From Candidatus Nomurabacteria bacterium (lineage in GTDB: Bacteria > Patescibacteriota > Minisyncoccia > Phycocordibacterales > UBA918): DNA of 64,000 nt. This document shows positions 9,662 through 19,008 of this stretch, one piece after another (within the stretch, counting starts at the first letter, position 1; every line of letters begins with the position of its first letter). The DNA is taken from positions 446,134-510,133 of the forward strand of contig JACKGC010000001.1 in the NCBI GenBank assembly GCA_020632135.1. The letters are read 5' to 3'. The notes below the pieces were generated by a model. That model was not told the DNA's origin. It saw nothing but the letters and a program-made list of their open reading frames with translations, and searched no databases. Both the position numbers and the translations under genes were made by a program.

Positions 9662-10525
9662 ATGCTTACACCTGCAACTGCAGAACGAATTGTGCAGGAT
9701 ATTCTGCACCAAAAGTTTGGATTTTTCCCAGTCGATCGGACACTGGTCGATGAGGTAAGTGGTCAGTGGTTGGCCTTTGTGCAGCGTCGGATCAAGACTG
9801 GCGATGCGGCTGACTGGCTGTTCACCAATGAAGGGGAGGAGGAATCTGATGTAGGCTTGGTAGTGAAAAGTGGTGAAACGCATCAGTATGGGCAGTATGA
9901 TCACAAGCTGCTGTTTCAAAACAGTGTCAGATTACGCCGACAGCTGGCACGCAAGGACCTCGCAGCCGCAGATTGGGTGTTCTTAGCACAGCACCGGGTG
10001 CTGATGGAGCACGTGCAGCGTGTGGAGTTACGTTTGCTTGAAGAACTTGAGCGCCTTACAGGTGAGTCGGGAATTGTGGGATCGGTCATCCGCTCTGCAC
10101 TGAAACCCATTCCGTACGCCATGTCGACGCTGCGGGCATTGGTGTATCAGGCGGTGGCAGGACAAAAGGGTGCACAGAAGCATCTTGATCGAGGTTTCCT
10201 GACGCTCCACAGTGGCGATGTAAACGGTCGGCTCGTGTACTTTGATGGACCTGATGACGATTCACCAAAGCCGATCGATGTACCCAGTGGGTACGGGGTG
10301 GCATTCCCTGGCATCAAGTGGTTGTGGGTCTTTGCCGGTAAGTATCAGCCATTGTGGCACGGGGCTGAGGTGACCAGTGACGGTGAGCGAGTCGCACACC
10401 CGTACTTCTCGCACGTTGAGTTGTGTGGGTATATGGTTCGTGACTTCCGCGCTGCGCTGCAGGATTTTCACAGCACCTTCCTGCCACTGATGCAACAAGG
10501 ACAGTACCATTGGCGGATGGCGTGA
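9662..10525 (+). CDS. hypothetical protein (287 aa), no recognisable domain
   Basis: Long ORF with the local codon usage and clean intergenic spacing. Confidence 0.55.
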   Translation: MLTPATAERIVQDILHQKFGFFPVDRTLVDEVSGQWLAFVQRRIKTGDAADWLFTNEGEEESDVGLVVKSGETHQYGQYDHKLLFQNSVRLRRQLARKDLAAADWVFLAQHRVLMEHVQRVELRLLEELERLTGESGIVGSVIRSALKPIPYAMSTLRALVYQAVAGQKGAQKHLDRGFLTLHSGDVNGRLVYFDGPDDDSPKPIDVPSGYGVAFPGIKWLWVFAGKYQPLWHGAEVTSDGERVAHPYFSHVELCGYMVRDFRAALQDFHSTFLPLMQQGQYHWRMA

Positions 10526-10573
10526 GTAACAAAAGCACCTGGAGAAATTTCTCCAGGTGCTGTTTTGTTTGTT

Positions 10574-11677
10574 ATGATGCTGAGTATGCACCAGTATCTC
10601 AGACGCGCCTGGCGGGTAGCCTATCATCACTGGCTTACCCTCAGTTTTGTCCTTGGGTTTTTGACTGACCTCATCTTACTTAATCGTATCGATGATCTGG
10701 TCGATAATCTCATTTTGCTTTTTTATGTCTTGCTCGCCACTACCGCAATGCTGCTGCTCTACGTGGGAGTGGCGGAGCGTGGTCCGGGTTTTTTGGCGCG
10801 GTTTTTTAAGCGCTACGCGCCGATCGCGATGCAGTACGCATTTGGTGGTTTGCTCTCGGGCATGCTCATTTTCTATGGGCGGAGCGGTGATTGGTTGGCG
10901 AGTGCGCCATTTTTGCTGCTTATCCTGGCGGTCATCTTCGGAAACGAATTGGTAGGAAAGCGTTCTGACCGACTGATCTACCACATCGCGCTCTACTTCA
11001 TTGGCCTCTTTTCATACATCGTACTGGTGATACCCGTGCTGACCGGAAAGATGGGGGATGCAATTTTTATTCTCAGTGGACTCATCGCTCTCATGCTGGT
11101 GACCTTTGTGGTGCAGGTGTTGTATCGCATTGTGCCACACTTTATGGAACTTAATACCAAGCGGATCATTGTGACACTCGGGGGTATCTACGTTGGTTTT
11201 AACGTGTTGTATTTCACCAGTGTTATCCCGCCGATCCCGCTTTCGCTCACCGAGCTACGTATTGTGCAATCGGTTGAATCATTCTCTACTAGCGCCACCA
11301 CCAAGAGCTACCGCGTTGCGACAGAGGTGCAACCCTGGTACCGTCGCTTGCCACTGGTGCGGCCGGTGCTCCACCCGACCGGTGACTCGATCGCTTGCTT
11401 TGCACGCGTGTATGCGCCGACACGGCTTACGACCGAGATCTTCCACCGCTGGGAATACCAAGATGAATCGGGAGATTGGCAGGAGCAGCTGCACTTTGGG
11501 TATGAGATCTCCGGTAGTAACGTGGGTGGATATGGTGGTTACACCAAGACCAGTAATTTCTTTTCTGGCGTCTGGCGTTGCAGTGTCGAGACTAAGCGTG
11601 GTCAGGTGCTCGGTCGGGAAGTGGTGCGCATTGACACCGCTGGACAACCTAAGGATATCGAGGTGTTGATCGAGTAG
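10574..11677 (+). CDS. integral membrane protein with ~6 N-terminal TM helices and a soluble C-terminal domain
   Basis: Hydrophobic segments throughout the first ~230 aa. The ORF begins at a TTG at 10565; the first ATG is at 10574. Confidence 0.55.
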   Translation: MMLSMHQYLRRAWRVAYHHWLTLSFVLGFLTDLILLNRIDDLVDNLILLFYVLLATTAMLLLYVGVAERGPGFLARFFKRYAPIAMQYAFGGLLSGMLIFYGRSGDWLASAPFLLLILAVIFGNELVGKRSDRLIYHIALYFIGLFSYIVLVIPVLTGKMGDAIFILSGLIALMLVTFVVQVLYRIVPHFMELNTKRIIVTLGGIYVGFNVLYFTSVIPPIPLSLTELRIVQSVESFSTSATTKSYRVATEVQPWYRRLPLVRPVLHPTGDSIACFARVYAPTRLTTEIFHRWEYQDESGDWQEQLHFGYEISGSNVGGYGGYTKTSNFFSGVWRCSVETKRGQVLGREVVRIDTAGQPKDIEVLIE

Positions 11678-11747
11678 TCCTATTCGAGCGGTGGTGAGTT
11701 TGGTATGCTGATGGGAATTGATGAGTATTGTATAAGTATTAGCAAGT

Positions 11748-12188
11748 ATGTTTGAAGGTTTTTTTGGAAAGAAAAAAGAAGCTGAAGCAGAGGGGTTGTC
11801 GAAGTCAGTTGAGGAGATGAAGGCGCATGCTGAGGCAGCTGGCGGGCAACCAGCATCCTTTGCGATTGATGATGAGATGCCACCCGCACCAATAGCGGTT
11901 GAAGGCTACGGTGAACCAACACAAGAACGTCACCTCGCAGATAATGCGGGTGAAACCATTACCGGCGAAGACATTGGTCTTGAAATGGAGTCAATCACGT
12001 TTGAGTCTGATGGAACGGTGAGCAATGCTGATATCAGCGAGCGACCAACCGGTCCAGCGGATGCAGCACTGAAGATGGAAACCGTTGATGGGCCGGAGTT
12101 GGCTGGGCAGCGTATCGAGCCACGACCCAAACACAGTGAAGAAGTAGTAGGTGACGATGTGGGTATCGAGGAACAAGAGGCAGCGTAA
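11748..12188 (+). CDS. acidic low-complexity hypothetical protein
   Basis: 146 aa, rich in E/D/A. A strong terminator follows immediately. Confidence 0.45.
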   Translation: MFEGFFGKKKEAEAEGLSKSVEEMKAHAEAAGGQPASFAIDDEMPPAPIAVEGYGEPTQERHLADNAGETITGEDIGLEMESITFESDGTVSNADISERPTGPADAALKMETVDGPELAGQRIEPRPKHSEEVVGDDVGIEEQEAA

Positions 12189-12206
12189 TTGGGTGGAGGT
12201 GAAGAC

Positions 12207-12240
12207 AAAGGCCGGGGCGCGAAGCGCCCCGGCCTTTGTT
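12207..12240 (+). terminator. rho-independent terminator
   Basis: ggccggggcgc-gaa-gcgccccggcc flanked by AAAG and TTTGTT. Confidence 0.75.
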
Positions 12241-12342
12241 GTGCACCATTGTCGTTTGACGAGCTTCGGCTATGTGTTTGATACTGTAGGTAGAGCAGTA
12301 CAACGTAGTATGCTCACTTCTTCGATCGAGGTGATCAGTATG

Positions 12343-12540
12343 CGAAAAGATCGCAAGTTAAAAAAGGCGTCTCCAAAAGATGACCCAAATGATGTCATGA
12401 GGGAAGAACTAGGCATTGATCTTGATGACAAGGTTCAATATGAAGGCCCTAGTGAGATGCATCCCACCCTGGTGCAACAGGCGCAAGCCAAAGCGTCGAC
12501 TTATGACAAGTTTGGGGTTGGTCAATACGATTTTGAATAA
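12343..12540 (+). CDS. small hypothetical protein (~65 aa)
   Basis: ORF 'MRKDRKLKKASPKDD...' downstream of the terminator. The 5' part of the longer ORF at 12151 overlaps that terminator and is unlikely to be real. Confidence 0.3.
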   Translation, partial: RKDRKLKKASPKDDPNDVMREELGIDLDDKVQYEGPSEMHPTLVQQAQAKASTYDKFGVGQYDFE

Positions 12541-12643
12541 ACCCTACTGAATGAATAGAGCGCTTCGGCGCTCTTTCTCTTACTCGGCCTTTTCAAATGT
12601 CCTCTAAATGATAGGATGAGGTTTGCAGCCTGATACGTTGCGT

Positions 12644-12686
12644 GTCGGGGTGTGGGGGGGCGCTTTGCGCCCCCCCACACCCCGAC
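12644..12686. repeat. orphan GC-rich perfect palindrome (19-bp arms, 4-nt loop) upstream of ileS
   Basis: gtcggggtgtgggggggcgc tttg cgcccccccacaccccgac. There is no flanking T-run. Six-bp direct repeats 'tgatac' flank it on both sides. Confidence 0.6.
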
Positions 12687-12716
12687 TATGTCTGATACAC
12701 ATAACCTACAATTTTT

Positions 12717-15700
12717 ATGTCTAAAATGCACGGTCGTGAAAACGACACGGTAGAGGTCGTCGATGTTCCCAAGTCAGAAGTAGCCGAGCGCGAAGAAGCG
12801 ATCCTGGCTTTTTGGCAGGAGCACGACATTTTTAATAGATCACTCAAGCAGCCGGCCGGCGACGCACCAAAAGGTGACTACGTGTTTTACGACGGGCCGC
12901 CGTTTGCGACAGGCTTGCCACACTACGGCCACATTTTGGCCGGGACCATGAAAGACGCGATCCCGCGTTTCTGGACGATGCAGGGGTACCACGTGCGGCG
13001 ACAGTGGGGCTGGGATTGCCATGGCTTGCCAGTTGAGAACTTGATCGAGAAGAAGCTTGGCTTGGCGACCAAGCGCGACATTGAGGCGTACGGTATCAAG
13101 AATTTCAACGAAGCCGCCCGCGAGTCGGTGATGGAGTACGCCGATGATTGGCGGCAGATCATCCCGCGCATGGGACGCTTTGTTGACATGGAGAATGACT
13201 ACAAGACCATGGACAGCACCTACACCGAAAGTGTGTGGTGGGTATTCAAGCAGCTTTACGAAAAGGGGCTGGTGTTTGAAGGCTTCAAAAGTATGCATCT
13301 CTGCCCGCGTTGTGGGACGACGCTGTCAAACTTCGAGGTCAACCAAGGGTACAAAGATATAAAGGATATTTCGGTGTTTGTTGAGTTTCCGCTCGTGGAT
13401 GAACCGGGCACGTCGCTTCTTGCGTGGACGACCACTCCATGGACCCTGCCGGGGAATATGGCGCTCGCGGTGAATGAGGAGATCGAGTATGCGGTGATCG
13501 ACGTAAAAACCGAGACAGGTGCTAAGCGACTTGTCTTGGCAAAGGATCGGGTAGCGGCAGTACTGAAAGAATCTGAGTACACAGTAGTGGAGATGTGGAC
13601 AGGTAAAGATCTCCTCGGCAAAAAAATTGAACCACCGTTCCCGTGGCTCGCTACGCAACTCACCGAAGAAGCACCAAACGCTTGGACCGTCCTCCATGCA
13701 GATTTTGTGGAAGTGGGGGAAGAGGGAACCGGCATCGTACACATTGCGCCCGCGTACGGTGAAGATGACATGAAGCTCGGGCAGAAGCACGGGCTGCCGA
13801 TCATTCATCACGTCGATGAAGGTGGGCATTTTAAGGACTTCGTCACTGACTTCGCGGGGCAGCTCGTGAAGCCAAAGGATGACGAAGAATCTGAGGTCAA
13901 CCACATGGATGCCGACATTGAGATCATCCGTGCGCTGGCAGCGAAGGGCCGACTCTTCGCTAAGGAAAAGATCACCCACAGCTACCCGCACTGCTGGCGG
14001 TGTGATACGCCACTTCTTAACTACGCGACCACGTCGTGGTTTGTGGATGTGCCGAGTATCAAAGATAAGTTGGTGGCCGCGAATGAAACCGTTGGTTGGG
14101 TGCCGGAGCACGTTGGCACCAACCGTTTCGGTAAGTGGCTTGAAGGTGCGCGCGACTGGGCGGTCAGCCGCCAGCGCTACTGGGGCGCACCACTGCCGAT
14201 CTGGAAGAATCCCGAAACAAACGAAGTGAAGGTGTTTGGGTCACGCAAAGACATGCAGAAGTATGCTCCGACAAGTGGCAACACGTACTTCACGATGCGC
14301 CATGGGTTGGCCGAAAGTAATGTGAAGCATGTGATCAGTTGCAACAAAGAAAACAGTGATGGTTTGACCGAAGAGGGAAAGCAGCAAGTTGAAGCGGTCG
14401 TGGCAAACTTACCAGAGCAGATCGACATCATCATTCATTCTGGTTTTCAACGTACCAAGGAAACCGCCGAGATTGTCGCAGCTGCGCATCCAGAAGCTGA
14501 AGTGATCGAAGACGACCGCGTGCGCGAGCTTGATCTCAGTGACGACTATGAAGGTGGCAAGTGGAAAGATTACAATGCTCAGTTTGCCACTTGGGAGGAT
14601 CGTTTCACCAAAAAGCTTGAAGGTTCAGAGAATCGTCGGGATGTACAGATGCGCATGGGAGCATTCATCGAATCACTTGAAGAAACCTATGCTGACAAGA
14701 AGATTTTGATCGTCAGTCATGCGGGGCCGCTTTTTGGACTTGAGTGTTTTGTGAAAGGTCTTAGTCTCAAGGAATCCGAAGCGTACTTTGCCGATGAAGC
14801 GGCATATCATGCCAATGCCGAAGTGCGTGAGCTGGTATATGCGCCGCTGCCACACAACGACTACTACGAACTTGACTTCCATCGGCCGTACATTGATGAC
14901 TTTGTGCTGGAAGAGAATGGAGTGCAGCTGGAACGTATTCCTGACGTCTTCGATTGTTGGTTTGAGTCTGGTTCCATGCCGTACGCGCAGTTCCACTATC
15001 CCTTTGAGCAGTCTTTTGGGCGATCTCACTCTCCGCTCGACAGTGCTCACGGCGTCACCGTACCAGCCAGTACGGCTCCTAGTGAGACCGTCTCCGCGAA
15101 AAGTGATCTCATACCAAAATCCTTGCTCAAAGAACAAAGTGTACAACTTGAGTTTGAGCAGAGGTGTTTCCCTGCACAATTCATTGCCGAAGGTCTCGAC
15201 CAGACCCGCGGCTGGTTCTACTCTATGCTTGTTTTGGGGGTAGCGCTCTTTGGTAAGTCGCCGTTTGAGAATGTGATCGTCAACGGCCTGGTGCTGGCTG
15301 AGGACGGTAAGAAGATGTCAAAATCGCTCCAGAATTACCCCGATCCACTGGATCTCGCAAATCGAGTAGGAGTTGATGCGATGCGTTTTTACTTGCTTTC
15401 TTCGCCGGTCATCCGGGGAGAAGACCTTAACTTCTCTGAAAAGGAAGTACTCGAACTGCAGCGCAAGAACATTGGGCGGTTGCACAATGTGCTGGCGATG
15501 TATGAGATGTATGCGGACGGCGGCGAGTCGCGAAGCGACTCGCCGCACGTCCTCGATCGCTGGATCATTGCTCGACTCAATCAGTTGGTGGCGGAATCGA
15601 CTGCCGGGTACAAAGCCTACGAGCTTGATAAGGCCACGCGCCCGATCACTGACTTTATCGACGATCTGTCGGTGTGGTACTTACGCCGCAGCCGCGATCG

Positions 15701-16388
15701 CTTGAAGGGCGAAGACACAGAAGACAAGACTCGAGCGCTTGCGACGCTCCGCTACACGCTCCGTACGCTCGCGCTCGTCATGGCGCCAGCCATGCCATTC
15801 TACGCTGAGTACCTCTGGCAGGCGGTGAAGGAAGAGGGTGACGCTGAGAGCGTGCATCTTGGTAAGTGGCCGGAGGGGGGTGAGGTTGACCATTGGCTTA
15901 TTGGCTGCATGGTGACTACTCGAGATGTTGTTTCTGCTGGTTTGGAATTACGGACAAAAGCAAAGTTGAATGTGAGACAGCCTTTAGCATCAGTTAAGTT
16001 CAAAGTCGAGAGTAACGGTGTGATAATTCCAGACGAGTTTATCCCGCTCATCAAAGATGAATTAAATGTGAAAGAAGTTATATCAGATTCAGTATTAAAA
16101 AATCTTGCTGAACTTGACACTACTCTCACTCCTGAACTTCTCGCCGAAGGTGCAGTACGTGAGCTGATGCGGGCGGTGCAGGGGAGGCGCAAGGCCGAAG
16201 GCCTTGCGCCGGAAGACCCCATTGTCCTCACTATCGACACTGATGAAACTGGTCAAGTGGCAGTTGCTGCAAATCAAGATTTGCTCGTAAAAACTGTCGG
16301 TGCTGACTCGCTCATCTTTGCAAAAACCGAAGGTGAAGTGGTAAAAGCAGGAGAGTTTGCTTTCACGTTCTCCATCCAGAAACTCTAG
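12717..16388 (+). CDS. ileS: isoleucyl-tRNA synthetase (type 2) with an embedded histidine-phosphatase (PGM-like) domain
   Basis: Class I aaRS motifs 'HYGH' and 'KMSKS' (KMSKSLQNYPDP). The editing-domain and anticodon-binding regions are present. 1223 aa. An inserted ~190-aa segment carries 'RHG' and 'SHAG' motifs. Confidence 0.95.
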   Translation: MSKMHGRENDTVEVVDVPKSEVAEREEAILAFWQEHDIFNRSLKQPAGDAPKGDYVFYDGPPFATGLPHYGHILAGTMKDAIPRFWTMQGYHVRRQWGWDCHGLPVENLIEKKLGLATKRDIEAYGIKNFNEAARESVMEYADDWRQIIPRMGRFVDMENDYKTMDSTYTESVWWVFKQLYEKGLVFEGFKSMHLCPRCGTTLSNFEVNQGYKDIKDISVFVEFPLVDEPGTSLLAWTTTPWTLPGNMALAVNEEIEYAVIDVKTETGAKRLVLAKDRVAAVLKESEYTVVEMWTGKDLLGKKIEPPFPWLATQLTEEAPNAWTVLHADFVEVGEEGTGIVHIAPAYGEDDMKLGQKHGLPIIHHVDEGGHFKDFVTDFAGQLVKPKDDEESEVNHMDADIEIIRALAAKGRLFAKEKITHSYPHCWRCDTPLLNYATTSWFVDVPSIKDKLVAANETVGWVPEHVGTNRFGKWLEGARDWAVSRQRYWGAPLPIWKNPETNEVKVFGSRKDMQKYAPTSGNTYFTMRHGLAESNVKHVISCNKENSDGLTEEGKQQVEAVVANLPEQIDIIIHSGFQRTKETAEIVAAAHPEAEVIEDDRVRELDLSDDYEGGKWKDYNAQFATWEDRFTKKLEGSENRRDVQMRMGAFIESLEETYADKKILIVSHAGPLFGLECFVKGLSLKESEAYFADEAAYHANAEVRELVYAPLPHNDYYELDFHRPYIDDFVLEENGVQLERIPDVFDCWFESGSMPYAQFHYPFEQSFGRSHSPLDSAHGVTVPASTAPSETVSAKSDLIPKSLLKEQSVQLEFEQRCFPAQFIAEGLDQTRGWFYSMLVLGVALFGKSPFENVIVNGLVLAEDGKKMSKSLQNYPDPLDLANRVGVDAMRFYLLSSPVIRGEDLNFSEKEVLELQRKNIGRLHNVLAMYEMYADGGESRSDSPHVLDRWIIARLNQLVAESTAGYKAYELDKATRPITDFIDDLSVWYLRRSRDRLKGEDTEDKTRALATLRYTLRTLALVMAPAMPFYAEYLWQAVKEEGDAESVHLGKWPEGGEVDHWLIGCMVTTRDVVSAGLELRTKAKLNVRQPLASVKFKVESNGVIIPDEFIPLIKDELNVKEVISDSVLKNLAELDTTLTPELLAEGAVRELMRAVQGRRKAEGLAPEDPIVLTIDTDETGQVAVAANQDLLVKTVGADSLIFAKTEGEVVKAGEFAFTFSIQKL

Positions 16389-16437
16389 GGGTCGTGTCTG
16401 GCGACGGGTGTCACGTAGCTCTCACAAAATAATCAGC

Positions 16438-17016
16438 ATGGCCTACGAAACATACACAACCAAAGCGCTCGTCTGCGGCACTAAAAACCGCAACACGGCC
16501 GACCGCAGCTACCTGCTTTTCACTAGAGAAGCCGGCATGCTCTTTGCTGACGCTCGCAGTGTGCGCGAAGAGCGTTCGCGGCAGCGCTACGCGCTCCAAG
16601 ACTTCTCACTCATTCGGGTGTCACTAGTGAAAGGGAAGGCAGGGTGGAAAATTGGCAGTATCGAGCCACTTACAAACTTGTATCACGCTGCTGAAGATAA
16701 AGTGGCGCGTGGTAGTGTTGTGCGCGTGGTGCGGCTCCTGCGCCGCTTCCTCCACGGGGAGGAAGCGGCGCAGGAGCTATTTGATCTTGTCACCCACGGT
16801 CTCACTATTTTAAAAGGTGAAGTACCTGAACGAGCCTTTGTGGAACAGGTGCTCTTAGTACAGATCTTAGCTGAACTCGGGTATGTTGCCACCAAAGACA
16901 TTCCTGAGCCGCTGCAGCGTGTAGCCCCCGAAGCGGCGGGGATTCTCCGCTCAGACGCTCTGGCGAGCATTGTTGACCGACTCTATACCCACGCAGTGTC
17001 CGTGAGCCATCTCTAG
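16438..17016 (+). CDS. recO: possible DNA repair protein RecO (short form)
   Basis: The N-terminal OB-fold-like pattern 'TKALVCGTK...DRSYLLFTREAGMLFADARSVRE' followed by a helical C-terminal half resembles RecO. The similarity is weak. The ORF has an upstream extension starting at 16357. Confidence 0.4.
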   Translation: MAYETYTTKALVCGTKNRNTADRSYLLFTREAGMLFADARSVREERSRQRYALQDFSLIRVSLVKGKAGWKIGSIEPLTNLYHAAEDKVARGSVVRVVRLLRRFLHGEEAAQELFDLVTHGLTILKGEVPERAFVEQVLLVQILAELGYVATKDIPEPLQRVAPEAAGILRSDALASIVDRLYTHAVSVSHL

Positions 17017-17038
17017 GGCAGTGGTATACTATCTGAAT

Positions 17039-18997
17039 ATGAAGCCACTGCGTGATCAAAAACAGCTCGATGAGATGCGCAAACGTCTCTATGATCGAGG
17101 CGCTAGTGTGGAACAAGCCAATCGTCATCAGCTAGCAGATACACCGGTGGACGTTGCCCGTGATTGGGGTGCGCGTCCGACGCCGCCTCCACCAGTAGCT
17201 CAGGCTGCACCGCAATCGACACAGGCAGCTGCAGTGCCACCGACCCCATCACCGTCTGAGTTGCCAGTTGCAGAGCCACACAGGCCTCGCCGCTACCGCA
17301 GTTTTATTCTCATTGGCAGTATACTCATTTTTATCTTGGTAGCTGCAGTTTCAAGTTTGCATATTTACTTCGGCGGCAATCAGATCTCCAACCAAAACAT
17401 TCACATCCTTGTGCAAGGGCAGCCACTTATTGGTGGCGGGGAGGTGATGAATCTCCAAGTGTCAGTCTCCAACCAGAATTCTGTACCAATCGAGTCTGCC
17501 ACACTGATCTTAAAGTACCCTCCCGGCACCCGCTCAGTGGGTGATTCACCTCGAAATCTCTTTGAAGAGCGTATTCCACTCAATGACATCGCCCCAGAAG
17601 GGCTCCAAACGGTACCAGTCCGAATCGTGGTTTTTGGTGAGGAGAACACCGAACGAGAGATACAGGCAACGATCGAGTACCGAGTCAATGGTTCTAATGG
17701 TATGTTCTATAAAGATGCTGATCCATTAGCCTTCAGGATCAGTTCCTCACCGCTCGTATTGCGGGTCGATAGTATCGAGAAAGTCGCGTCCGGTCAGTTG
17801 GTGGAACTGACCCTCACGGCAGTCTCCAACGCTAACGCTCCACTTGAAGACATTCTTATCACTGCTGATTATCCAAACGGATTCACCTTTGAGGCCTCCG
17901 AACCAGCCCCAGAGTATGGGGAGAATGTCTGGCGGATTGACTCCATCCAACCTGAGAGTTCCACTGAGATCAAGCTTCAAGGCATTGTGTCTGGACTAAC
18001 TGATGAGTCTTTCCGCATCAATTTTTCCGCTGGCCCGGTCGACCCGAATAACCAGTATCAGGTCGGAGCTGCATTGGCGGAAGCAAAAGCAGACTTTACG
18101 ATCGAGCGCCCGTTCATAGATGTAGATATTGCAATCAATGGTAACAAGACACGCTCGGTTGTGCTACCGGAAGCAGCAGAATCAGATGTCGTGGTCAGTA
18201 TCACCAACACCCTTGATGAGACTGTTTACGATATGGTGGTAGAGGTGGTTCCTGATGGAAACGCATTGCAAGAAGATTCAATTACCGGTAGTAATGGTTT
18301 CTATGATTCAAATACAGATACCGTTCGGTGGGAAGTGTCAAACAATGAATCATTTGACCGAGTGCTGCCTGGTGATTCACGCTCCTTAACTTTTAGTATA
18401 GAGCCAAATTCTAATCGTACCACCGCGTCCTTTAATATAGTGGTGAACGTGTATGCGCGTCGAATTGCCGAAAGTAGTGCGCAAGAGACCCTAGTCGGTA
18501 CTGTTCGAGCAGAAGCAAAGTATTCATCCAGCATTACAATGGGGAGTCAAGTTGGATATGGCAATGGTCAATTTCTAGATGTGGGCCCGGTTCCACCAGC
18601 TATTGGTCAGAGTACGTCATATACCATTACGCTGGTTGCGTCAGCCGGAGCCAATGATATTTCAAACGGTATTGTTGAAACGTCGTTACCAATTTACGTC
18701 AACTGGCTGGATACCTATGATGGAGAAGGTGATGTGACCTACAACTCGGTTTCTAAGAAGTTGATTTGGGAGGTGGGGAACTTGTCACAAGGTCGTCAGA
18801 AACAGGTATCTTTTCAGGTTGATTTGCAGCCCAGTGTCTCTCAAGTTGGTACGATCCCGGTATTGCTCAATAAACAATTCTTCAAAGCAAATGACAAGTT
18901 TACGGGCGCACTCTTGCAAGATGAGGCACTAGCTGTTACAACAGAGCTCTCAACTGAGCTTGGTTTCCAGCGCGGAAATGGTGAGGTTGTGCGATAA
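17039..18997 (+). CDS. membrane-anchored protein with a large extracellular beta-rich domain
   Basis: A ~95-aa cytoplasmic N-terminus rich in Pro/Ala, one TM helix (FILIGSILIFILVAAV), then ~550 aa of repetitive Ig/CARDB-like sequence. Confidence 0.6.
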   Translation: MKPLRDQKQLDEMRKRLYDRGASVEQANRHQLADTPVDVARDWGARPTPPPPVAQAAPQSTQAAAVPPTPSPSELPVAEPHRPRRYRSFILIGSILIFILVAAVSSLHIYFGGNQISNQNIHILVQGQPLIGGGEVMNLQVSVSNQNSVPIESATLILKYPPGTRSVGDSPRNLFEERIPLNDIAPEGLQTVPVRIVVFGEENTEREIQATIEYRVNGSNGMFYKDADPLAFRISSSPLVLRVDSIEKVASGQLVELTLTAVSNANAPLEDILITADYPNGFTFEASEPAPEYGENVWRIDSIQPESSTEIKLQGIVSGLTDESFRINFSAGPVDPNNQYQVGAALAEAKADFTIERPFIDVDIAINGNKTRSVVLPEAAESDVVVSITNTLDETVYDMVVEVVPDGNALQEDSITGSNGFYDSNTDTVRWEVSNNESFDRVLPGDSRSLTFSIEPNSNRTTASFNIVVNVYARRIAESSAQETLVGTVRAEAKYSSSITMGSQVGYGNGQFLDVGPVPPAIGQSTSYTITLVASAGANDISNGIVETSLPIYVNWLDTYDGEGDVTYNSVSKKLIWEVGNLSQGRQKQVSFQVDLQPSVSQVGTIPVLLNKQFFKANDKFTGALLQDEALAVTTELSTELGFQRGNGEVVR

Positions 18998-19008
18998 ACC
19001 AACGACAT

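Noticed and set aside
12151-12342. N-terminal extension of the 129-aa ORF 12151-12540
   Set aside because: This part overlaps the strong terminator at 12207-12240 and the 3' end of the upstream gene. Only the portion after the ATG at 12343 is plausible, and even that has low confidence.
13326-14111. 261-aa antisense ORF inside ileS, and similar long antisense ORFs inside glyA, metG, recA, ftsK and the giant surface genes
   Set aside because: They are fully contained in well-supported sense-strand genes with diagnostic motifs. Antisense ORFs of this size are expected at this GC content.
14275-14845. Considered whether the IleS insertion is an intein
   Set aside because: No N-terminal Cys/Ser splice junction, no block F/G His-Asn C-terminal motif, and no homing-endonuclease motifs. 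Instead it has clear histidine-phosphatase motifs and is flanked by normally aligned IleS sequence.
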